Shown in pieces: positions 42,001 through 52,632 of a DNA stretch of 64,000 nt. Numbering within the stretch: position 1 is the stretch's first letter; each line of letters begins with the position of its first letter. The notes beneath the pieces are model-generated. The model was not told the origin of the DNA, made no database searches, and worked only from the letters and a program-made list of their open reading frames with translations. Origin of the DNA: Nemertoderma westbladi (Eukaryota > Animalia > Xenacoelomorpha); NCBI GenBank assembly GCA_032718475.1, contig JAUCBJ010006783.1:1-64000 (forward strand), given 5' to 3'. The position numbers and the translations under genes were made by a program.

Positions 42001-43335
42001 GGGTGGGCTCACTAGAGTAGTCTGGTTGGGTGGGTCCACTAGAGTAGTCTGGTTGGGTGGGCTCACTAGAGTAGTCTGGTTGGGTGGGCTCACTAGATTA
42101 GTCTGGTTGGGTGGGTCCACTAGAGTAGTCTGGTTGGGTGGGCTCACTAGAGTAGTCTGGTTGGGTGGGTCCACTAGAGTAGTCTGGTTGGGTGGGCTCA
42201 CTAGAGTAGTCTGGTTGGGTGGACTCACTAGAGTAGTCTGGTTTGGTGAGCTCACAGAGTAGTCTGGTTGGGTGGGCTCACTACAGAGTAGTCTGGTTGG
42301 GTGGGCTCACTAGAGTAGTCTGGTTGTGTGGGCTCACTAGAGTAGTCTGGTTGGGTGGGCTCACTAGAGTAGTCTGGTTGGGTGGGCTCACTAGAGTAGT
42401 CTGGTTGGGTGGGCTCACTAGAGTAGTCTGGTTGGGTGGGCTCACTAGAGTAGTCTGGTTGGGTGGGCTCACTAGAGTAGTCTGGTTGGGTGGGCTCACT
42501 AGAGTAGTCTGGTTGGGTGGGTCCACTAGAGTAGTCTGGTTGGGTGGGCTCACTAGAGCAATCTGTTTGGGTGGACTCACTAGAGCAATCTGGTCGGGTG
42601 GGCTCACTAGAGTAGTCTGGTTGGGTGGGCTCACTAGAGTAGTCTGGTTGGGTGGGCTCATTAGAGTAGTCTGGTTGGGTGGACTCACTAGAGTAGTCTG
42701 GTTGGGTGGGCTCACTAGAGTAGTCTGGTTGGGTGGGCTCACTAGAGTAGTCTGGTTGGGTGGGTCCACTAGAGTAGTCTGGTTGGGTGGGCTCACTAGA
42801 GTAGTCTGGTTGGGTGTGTCCACTAGAGTAGTCTGGTTGGGTGGGCTCACTAGAGTAGTCTGGTTGGGTGGACTCACTAGAGTAGTCTGGTTTGGTGAGC
42901 TCACAGAGTAGTCTGGTTGGGTGGGCTCACTACAGAGTAGTCTGGTTGGGTGGGCTCACTAGAGCAATCTGGTTGGGTGGACTCACTAGAGCAATCTGGT
43001 CTGGTGGGCTCACTAGAGTAGTCTGGTTGGGTGGGCTCACTAGAGTAGTCTGGTTGGGTGGGCTCACTAGAGTAGTCTGGTTGGGTGGACTCACTAGAGT
43101 AGTCTGGTTTGGTGAGCTCACAGAGTAGTCTGGTTGGGTGGGCTGACTACAGAGTAGTCTGGTTGGGTGGGCTCACTAGAGCAATCTGGTTGGGTGGGCT
43201 CACTACAGTAGTCTGGTTGGGTGGGCTCACTAGAGTAGTCTGGTTAGGTGGGCTCACTAGAGTAGTCTGATTGGGTGGGCTCACTAGAGTAGTCTGGTTG
43301 CGTGGGTCCACTAGAGTAGTCTTGTTGGGTAAGCT
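36013..43335. repeat. 27-bp G-rich tandem satellite, right part, about 270 units
   Basis: Same unit resumes in register after the TSD and degenerates at ~43270-43340. Confidence 0.99.
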
Positions 43336-43389
43336 CATCAATACGAAATTGTATCTGGATCAAAAATGTAAAGTCTTAAATTTTCTTCG

Positions 43390-43640
43390 GCCGTTAGGCC
43401 AGGCATGGGGACGCACAAAGTTTGACGACTTATTCCCAGTGCGGTCCCCCCTAACTATATATTCCCCACAGGAAGGTCCATACTCATTTAGCTACTATTT
43501 ATGGATGCCATGCAGAGGTGCGCCCTGGCTAGACCCTGCAAAGCATTCGTGCCGAAACGATAACCGATCTGGACCCCATGAGGGGGTTGAACCCATGCGG
43601 GGGACCCCGAAGATCGGCACAGGATCGAACCCAAAATACC
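43390..43640 (-). mobile_element. Possible tRNA-derived SINE-like remnant
   Basis: GC-richer patch with a minus-strand B-box-like GGTTCGATCC (~43622-43631) and a local hairpin. No A-box or TSD identified. Confidence 0.25.
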
Positions 43641-44883
43641 AAACGAATCGCTGCCAATTTCGATTCATTACTTTTATCGCCTCATGTCGTCGGTGCATTT
43701 TAACAAGTCGCATGAGTGTCTGATAACTTATAATTCAACCAAAATATTACGATATATTAATAACAATATTATTTTTTATTATGTTCAATTGGGTCAAGTC
43801 TGGGATTTTCACTCACTTTACGACATGTTGTTATATTATTTTGTAACAGTGAACCCTATTAGACACTTAGGGAGTGGCCTTAACTAACTATAAAGATTAT
43901 TATTCGTTGTACTTCTAGTAATGTAAGAACTGAGCATGTCTTTAGTGAACCACACCCTGTTTATTGGTATCCATTTATACTTGGTGCCCCAGCTGCATCC
44001 ACTGCTCAATTCTAACGCCCAATAAACGAGGCAGTACAACTTGATACATTATTATAGGGATTCTCGCATGGATGACAGAATGCTGTTGTTTCTTTTGTGT
44101 AAAGGTGCCGCCGCCTTAAGGGGTGTGTAGCTAATGGGGGGGAATACTATACTGATATATTGTTTTAAAGTAGTGTGAATATTATTATCGAATTGGTGTT
44201 AGTTTTTTTGTAGTTAAAAGGTGGGCAAAATATATCTCGTGTTAATTAATAACCATTACCGGTACTCAACAACAAATAAATCCAAAATCAAGTAACGATG
44301 GAATTCACTATGCGACCACTAAGCCACGAGAAGAATACCAGGTTTTTCACCAAGAACGCAGGTTACAGAAGGGCTGAATCTAACCAAAACAATAAACCAA
44401 TTAGTATATGTACAGGTTATAACACAGAAATAAGCGCTAAAGCATTTAATAAAGTTAAATTAAAAAAATAAAAAATCTTCATATATAAAATCCAAATAAA
44501 AAGTCGACCGAAAAGTGAAAAAAAAAGAAATCTTGGTATTCTTCACATGGGCGCCACGAAGTATCTCCCACTATATATTAATATATGGAAGGAAGGGGAG
44601 GGGAGGGGTGGGGGGCTGTCGGGGTAATCCATCAAAGTATCAGTTTCAGTGGTAAAACCCTTTATTTTATTGGCTATACTACTGTAGTTGGTTGATATAG
44701 TCATATGAATGAGGTTGTAGTTCATCGAGGAATATTTTCCACCACATTAAAATTAAAACCTTATTTTTTTATATGATCTGTTTGATCTCGATAAGGTAAA
44801 TTCGTGTTATTTACACTGGGAGGGTCAGAAACTCATGTAAACGACTATTAATTCCAGTGGTTATTTATCATTATTATCTTTAG

Positions 44884-45296
44884 GGGAGACAGTAACAGTT
44901 CGAGTACCGACTCACGACCAAGGTTCCTGTCTGTTCTGGGAGTTCGCGACAGACTCCTACGATATCGGGTTCGGTCTCTACTTCGAGTGGACCGTGGCCG
45001 CGAGCAACACGGTCAGCGTCCACGTCAGCGAGGACGACTCGTTCGACGAAGAGGAAGATGAAGATGAGGATCGCGACCGCACGGACCCCGAGGTCGGTGG
45101 TGGGAGCGCCACCCAGCGGGCCTCCCGGGTACCCACCGACGAGGTGATCCCGGTATACCGACGCGACTGCCACACAGAGGTCTACGTCGGCTCGCACATC
45201 TACCCCGGCCGCGGGGTCTACCTACTGAAGTTCGATAACTCGTACTCGTTGTTCCGGGGGAAGACTCTCTATTACCGGGTCTATTATACGCGGTGA
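44884..45296 (+). CDS. ACBD3: Terminal coding exon of the ACBD3/GCP60-like gene (GOLD domain C-terminus)
   Basis: [37 protein letters not shown]...VSVHVSE(acidic loop)...[52 protein letters not shown]-stop, the characteristic ACBD3 C-terminus (the paralog TMED8 is similar). Confidence 0.95.
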
Positions 45297-46537
45297 CCTG
45301 TGTTGGGGGGTCTGTGACGGGGCAGTAAGTGAACAGCTACACAGGGATATTGCAGTTGGTAGGGGTGGGAGACACCATAATACCGGTATGCGAAACTGAC
45401 AATAATTGCTATTTATTTATTTATTTATTACTGAGTTCGTAGTCTCTACGAATTTTCTATTATTATCCAGCCACTTCAACACGCTAAGCCGTTGTGGAAA
45501 ATCGATTCTTGTTTATAAAAATATTTTTTACCAAATACTAAAGTGATGCCAGTAAGTAAATTACTTTACTTTATTAAATTAACGTCCTTAGTAATTTCGA
45601 GTTATTTACTTTATTAGCTGTACGTAAATTCAATAGAGAAGTAATTTAAACTTTACAGCTCTTTAAAGTATAAACTGGTATATTTGTACAATGAAACGGT
45701 TTCACCACAAACACGGCCTTGGCATCAATCCATACAGATACCGGTAACACCTACCTTATGGTATAGACAATGTTTTAGATTTTAACTTTCCCATATTGGC
45801 CGTCAGCAAGACCTTCACTGCCGTGAAAAGGTAAAGCACCCAATCTAAAAAAAAATCGAAAATGTTATTATTTCACATTCTAATGTGATTTTGTGCGCCC
45901 TTTCATTTGAGCTGTATCATAAAATCCCATTCCTGTAGCAAAGTGATGTTTCTGATATAAAAACACCCTATTTAGTCTGTCTGTTACCTATAGTTTCTGA
46001 TTAAAAACACCCTATTTATTCTGTTACCTATAACAAGGAAGAACACATACTTTCTAAAATATAGGGTGTTTTCCCCCAAACATAATAAACTTACTTTATT
46101 CGGCGACTTCATAGATATAGAGTAATTAGCATAGCACTGGGATTTCCGCTATGTAAAAACACCCTATATTACTGAAATCTATTGTGATTGGATAATTAAA
46201 TATATTCAAAAACGTGTCATTGGTTAAATTATATAGGAACATTTGATTGTAGCCGTGATACACCAGTGCGACTCTGTAACAATAGGTATTATAATATCTC
46301 TTATAGGATTTCCAGACAAAGTAAAACAACCTAAGTAAAAAAATAGACACCCTATAGCTTCATTTATCAATGTAGCCAAGGAAAAACACCCTAAGTGGGA
46401 TAATTGTTGTTTTAATCAGATTATATTTTAAAAAGAAAATAATTTCAAAATGACCCAAATTAGAAATTACTACTACTACTAGGTCGAGCGAACTCGGACA
46501 GTGGAAATGAGATCCCTCCAGGCTTCCCGATTCTCCA

Positions 46538-47971
46538 ACTACTACTACTAGGTCGAACTCGAGCAGTGGAAATGAGATCCTTCCAGGCTTCCCGATTATC
46601 CATAGTTGTCGTAATTTCGTTTCTCCCAAGTTCAGTATCCCTTTCAAGTTGATCTATATATGTTATGGCAGGTCGTCCACGACTACGCTTTCCATGAGTT
46701 GGTTGCCAGAAAAGTAGATCTGGTATGACCTCGTCTTTACTTCGCCAGCAGTGCCCACTGAATCTTAATCTGCGTTCACGGAGGGTGGTTGATACAGGTG
46801 GTATAGTACCATAGAGCTCGGTGTTTGTCATGTGTTGTCTCCAGCTGATGTTTAGGGCTGCCCTTAGTAGTCTTGTGTAGCAACCATCAATTCGTTGTTC
46901 AAGTGATTTAGTCAGTGTCCAGGTATCACCCCCGTATAAAAATGCACTTTCCAATGTGGCTCGAAAGAACTTAGTCTTCAGGTACCTGGAGAGATCTGAT
47001 TTCCAGATGGTATCCATTTTTGATAGAGCTACCCAAGCCTTTGCTTTCCTAACTTCTATGTCATTTTTACTACTCTCTATCCATGATCCAAGGTACTGGA
47101 AGTCGTCGACCTTCCTTAGTTGATTATTATCAATGGTTGTCAAGTTTCCATCAACATTAAAGGTCATGAATTCGGTCTTAGTAGCATTTATATGCAATCC
47201 AACCTCCTTAGCAGCCCTCTCCACTTTATTTAGTAGAAGCTTTGAATCTGCTAGCGTATTAGAGAGCAGGGCGATGTCATCCGCAACGTCGGTGTTTGTG
47301 ACTGTAGTTGCCGGATATCTACTACTTCTGCGTTCTTGAAGTGTGAATCCCAGATATTCACCCTTTGTGGCCGTCCTCATTGCGTAATCCAGCACAATTA
47401 CAAATAGTAATGGTGCTAATTTGTCACCTTGCAGTACGCCACCCAGGATTGAGAAAAACTCAGTTTCACCATCTGGTGAGAGTACCTGTGCTTCTGTCTC
47501 ACAATATAACAATCCAATGCCAGACACAATTACTTCTGGTATTCCATAAGCTCTTAATATTTCAGGCATTTTGCCTCTATGGATGGAGTCGAATGCCCTC
47601 GTGAAGTCAACAAAAGTCATGACTGCGGGGAGATTCTTTGACTTAATTCCTTCAATCAGTCTCAGTAGTGCAAGTATCTGAGCTATTGCTGATCTACTTG
47701 GTCGAAATCCGTTTTGGCTCTTACGCAGTAGTTTCTCTATGTGAGGCCTAATCCTATATAGAATCATTTTATTGTATATTTTGGCAGCTACCACAAGCAG
47801 ACAGATCACACGATAGTTTGTTGGTATACCGAGGTCTCCTTACTTGGGGAGAGGCTTTAGTTGACCTTTAGTCCAAATTGATGGTGGCTTTTCCCCTTTT
47901 AACATCCGGTTGCAAACATTCAATAATGGTCTGTTTAGCACTCCGGTTTTCCATACCTCCGCTGGGATTTC
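46538..47971 (-). pseudogene. LINE reverse transcriptase region
   Basis: 449-aa ORF 46460-47809 with RT motifs. Upstream part is disrupted and cut by the copia insertion. Confidence 0.88.
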
Positions 47972-50900
47972 TGTTGAATTTTATCCGGTAGAACAAATAG
48001 GGAAATATTGGGATTACATACACCAGCAGTTTATTGTAGGGTTACAGTATATTGTACATAATGCAGAACCATTACATGGAAGGTACTGCAGACAAAGTAC
48101 AAAAGTTATAGAACAAAACCGGACCGGTACGGTATAATCCAGTCATATATAGATCATAGTCAAAAGGACAGTTTTGAATTTCCCGCCCACCTTAGAGTAC
48201 ATTATTTAATCGTACACTTTCAACACTCCCACTCGATTCAATTATCTCGTGAGTTAGGGAACTATTTGGTTCATTACACCCAGTTTATGGCGTAATCCTA
48301 AGAATTTCTCCCGTGCTAGTCCCTTTGTGAGAATATCAGCCATCATGTTTTGAGTTGGGCAGTATTTAATATCCACTTCACCATTCTCGATCTTCTCCCT
48401 GATGAAGTGGTAGCGGATATCTATGTGCTTCGTTCGACGATGTTGAATTGGATTCTTCGCCAACGCAATCGCCCCCTGGTTATCCTCATATATAGTTCCG
48501 CTATTGAGATGAGCCATCCCAATATCAACCAGCAATCTGCTCAACCAGATGTATTCTTGGCATGCTGAAGTTAGAGCAATGTATTCAGCCTCAGTGGTTG
48601 ATAACGCAACAACAGGTTGTTGTTTACTTTGCCAACTTATGGCCCCTCCATTGAATGTAAACACATAACCAGATGTGGATTTGCGATTTGACTCGTCCCC
48701 AGCCCAGTCAGAATCACAATATCCGACCAATAGTCCATTGTCGTTTCCAACGAATTTGATTCCGTAATCCACTGTCCCCTTTATGTATCGTAGTAAACGC
48801 TTGATGCCTGCCCAGTGTGTCGCTCCAGGTTTAGATACAAAATGAGATAAAACACCCACAGCCTGAGCAATATCTGGTCTAGTTCCAATCGCGGCATATA
48901 GCAAGCTTCCAATAACTGCTTGGTACAGTGCAGTATCGATACCCTCATCATCATCTGCGAGTTTATCAAACTTCGCATTAACTTCCATAGGAGTTGACAC
49001 TGGATTACAACAGTCCATCCCAAAGCGGTACAAGATGTCTTTCAGGTATTGACTCTGAGAAATTGACGATTCCTTGTGATAACCATTCCTAGTATATATT
49101 CTATCTCACCTTGATCAGTCATCTGAAACTTTGACATCAATAGTGTTTTCTCTTCATTGAGTAGATCGATGCAATTTGATGCAATAATCAAGTCATCCAC
49201 GTATACTGACAATAGGATGAATCTGTTATCTACTTTCTTAACATAAATACAGTTATCAGCCCCCGATTGTCTGTAACCCTCTCCTTTAAGGACTTTATCA
49301 AGTCTCCTATTCCAGACTCCTATTCCTATTTCAACCCATATATACTTCTATTTAGTTTACAAACAGAGTTAGGGTATTCCTTATCTATGTATCCCTGTGG
49401 TTGCTTCATGTATATATTTGAATCAATCACCCCATTTAAAAAAGCCGTCTTGACATCTAACTGGTGCACATCCAGGTTAAGTTCATTCGTAATAGCTAAT
49501 AGAAGTCGAATTGAACTGTAGCGTGCAACAGGGGCAAATACTTCTTTAAAATCAATTCCTTGTTTCTGTGAGTAGCCCTGAGCTACCAATCGTGCCTTGA
49601 ATCTACTGACATTCCCTTTGCTATCCCGTTTAATCTTGTAGGTCCATTTGCTCCCTACGAGATTCTTGTCATTTGGTAGTTCTACCAAATTCCACATATT
49701 ATTTTCAGTCAGTGAGTTTATTTCATTGTCCATTGCTTCCTTCCATTGTTTATTATATGGACCCTGTGAAGCCTCATCGTAGGTTCGTGGCTCGTCCGAC
49801 TCGATTATCATGGCAAATTCTGCATTGTCTGAAGCTTGAGGTATTAGGTCGTGTCGCCAATCACGTGTTTCCCACCAGTTTCCCCGAATGACCCCTGGAT
49901 CCGATTCCGGCTCTCTATGTTCACGGCGCGGATATCTATTAATCTCTATTGGGGCCCCTCCAGCCACTACATTATGGCCATCATCACCATACAGATGCTG
50001 GGCTCCCACTGGATCTCTAGTTTCAGTATTCTGTGGGATACTGAATACATGACTATCACCTAATTCATCGTACACCTCCTTTGCAGTTTTCGCAAAGTTA
50101 TTCTCAATAAACTTTACGTCTCTACTAACCAACATCTTCTTAGATTCTGGACAGAAGAATTTGTAACCTTTATGTTCGTTGCAGTAACCAACGAATCTGC
50201 ACCGAATGGATTTTGCATCCAATTTCTTCCTTGTCTTATCAGGGATATGAATGTAAGCATCACAACCAAATACTCGCAGATTACTTACGTCTGGTTTGTG
50301 GTCATGCCAAACTTCATATGGAGTCTTTCCTCTAATAACTGACGTTGGACTCCGATTCCTTAAGTATACAGCCGTACTGACGGCTTCCGCCCAGAAACAC
50401 TTAGGCAATGAAGAGTTATGGAGCATTGATCTTACACTTTCCATTAGTGTTCGATTTAGCCTTTCAGCTATCCCATTCTGCTGTGGAGTATGTGGTACAC
50501 TGAATTCTCGTTGAATACCTCGTTCCGAACAATAATTATTGAATTCATTTGATGTGTATTCCCCACCATTGTCACTTCTGAGAATTTTTACCCTTTTTCC
50601 TGTAGCATTTTCAGCAGTAGCTACATATTCTTTGAACTTCTCAAATACACTGCTCTTATTTCGTATACAGAATTCCATTATGTATCGAGATCGGTCATCG
50701 GTAAATGTGACAAAATATCGAGACCCCCCTATGGATTCAGTCGGCAACGGTCCACATACGTCACTATGCACTAGCTCCAGTATTTCACGTTCCTTGGATT
50801 CAGCTTCCTTGGTAGGAAATGGTAATCGATGGTGTTTCCCAATTATACAAGACTCGCATAGCTTATCATTTTCTCCAGCCATCTTCATTCCGGAAATCAT

Positions 50901-52632
50901 GTTCTTATTTATTAGTTGTTTTAAACTATCATAATTTAAATGTCCATATCGCTGGTGCCACAAATTTATATCAACTTTCTCAGCTGCGATATTCAAATAA
51001 TCATTCTCATGGAATTGGTAGAGTTTACCATTGAGTTTTCCAATGATTTCTTTACAGCCATTTACCATCACTATACATTCGTCATTGGTGAATATGACTT
51101 CCACACCTTTAGCAGCTTTATTAGCAGCACGTACAGAAAATAAGTTTCTCCTAAGCTCAGGTAGGTACAACACATCTTTTAAAGTAATAGAGCGCAATTT
51201 ACCCTCAACAGCGACCTCTATGTGTATATTTCCTGTTCCAACAGCATTAACAACCCGATTATCGCCCAGCAGAATTGGACGTGGTGGCTCCAACTCCTTG
51301 AATGAATTATATTTCGATTTATCAAATGTCATATGCTGTGATGCTCCGGAATCTATACACCAATCTGCAGTTCCTGTCATTGAGGTAATCAGAGCAATGC
51401 CGCACTCCATACCATTTTCCTCTGCAACCTCGGCATGTTCATTTTGTCCCAAACTTGACTGTTTACCCTTTTGACCAAATTTTGGTGGCTTATAGCAGTC
51501 ACGTTTCCAGTGCCCCTTATTACCGCAATTATAGCATTTACCAGGTTTATCCCCACCTCCAGATTTTTTATTGTGGCTACTGCTACTGGGGCTTTTAAAC
51601 ATTGGACTTTTCTTTGTCGAACTTCCACCAGCAGATGCTGTGAAGGCATTTTCAGTCAGTTTATCTCGATTAATAAACTGTTTACTTTTCTCTTCCTCAT
51701 GCAGACACCGATCGCGAACTGATCCCCAGGTCAGTGTATCCAAGTCTGAACCTTCAAGTGACGTTACCAGACTCGCGAATAATGGTGGAAGACTAGACAA
51801 CAGAATAACAATCAAGTCCCGCTCCTGTACGGGATCGCCTATTTCCCGTAAATGATCTGAGAGTTTTCTAATCTCATTCACATGCGTTAATACTGAATCG
51901 CCTTCCTTCAGTATTAAATTGTACAATCGACGCCTATACATGACCATGTGTGCCAACGTAGTCTTTTCGAAATGATCCCTTAGGCTTGTCCATGCCTCTT
52001 TGGCAGTCGTAGCATTCCGGACATAAACCTGTTGATCAGTTTCCATGTTTAGGCAAATAATCGCCCTTGCTCGATTGTCGCCTCGCCTAAATGCTGTACG
52101 CCTAGCATCCTCGGCAGCCGGATCCAGAACCTCGGTACCGTCCGCATAACCCCATAAATCCTTAGCTATCAACAATAGTTCCATTTGGAATTTCCAGTCG
52201 TGGTAGTTTTCGCCATTGAATTTAGCAATGCGAAATTCATCCTTTATGGTTACCTCCGACATTCTCAAAATGCGAGTTTGTTACAGCTTTTACTGGGTAA
52301 TTTACCTATCCCAATATTTGAAACTTCCCTGCACTAATTTTATTCCCGGTAGTGGTTTAGCAGCCTGGGCCCATAACCTGTTGAATTTTATCCGGTAGAA
52401 CAAATAGGGAAATATTGGGATTACATACACCAGCAGTTTATTGTAGGGTTACAGTATATTGTACATAATGCAGAACCATTACATGGAAGGTACTGCAGAC
52501 AAAGTACAAAAGTTATAGAACAAAACCGGACCGGTACGGTATAATCCAGTCATATATAGATCATAGTCAAAAGGACAGTTTTGAATTTCCCGCCCACCTT
52601 AGAGTACATTATTTAATCGTACACTTTCAACA
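47972..52632 (-). mobile_element. Full-length Ty1/copia element (copy 2, 4661 bp), same family as copy 1, inactivated
   Basis: LTRs at 47972-48225 and 52379-52632 (254 bp), TSD ATTTC (47967-47971 and 52633-52637), PBS at 52365-52378. Near-identical to copy 1. Confidence 0.99.
48254..52262 (-). pseudogene. Copia Gag-Pol broken in the RT domain
   Basis: Premature TAG and -1 indel at 49317-49328, plus a 16-bp deletion at ~49062-49067 relative to copy 1. Confidence 0.95.

Larger units (their letters stand above)
20320..44883 (+). other. ACBD3: 24,564-bp GT-AG phase-1 intron filled with satellite and a copia element
   Basis: GTCAGT donor and TTATCTTTAG acceptor. G+GG rebuilds the Gly of the conserved [13 protein letters not shown] motif with no residues missing. 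Confidence 0.9.

Noticed and set aside
20430-43335. 27-mer as a telomeric or subtelomeric repeat
   Set aside because: It is G-rich but internal, bounded by two exons of one gene, and is not a known telomerase-type unit.
20379-43341. Dozens of ORFs with (SPPNQTTLV)n, (SEPTQPDYS)n or (LTRVVWLGG)n, superficially mucin-like with an NQT sequon in every unit
   Set aside because: A 27-bp unit leaves three frames stop-free by arithmetic. Frameshifting variants are frequent and copied in HORs, there are no real starts or signal peptides, and the array lies in an intron.
43500-43730. Hammerhead ribozyme suggested by GCCGAAAC at ~43551
   Set aside because: No correctly placed CTGANGA core or matching stems found.
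44994-45296. Stand-alone 100-aa gene from the ORF track
   Set aside because: It is the distal part of a spliced exon that starts at 44884. The GTG is not a start.
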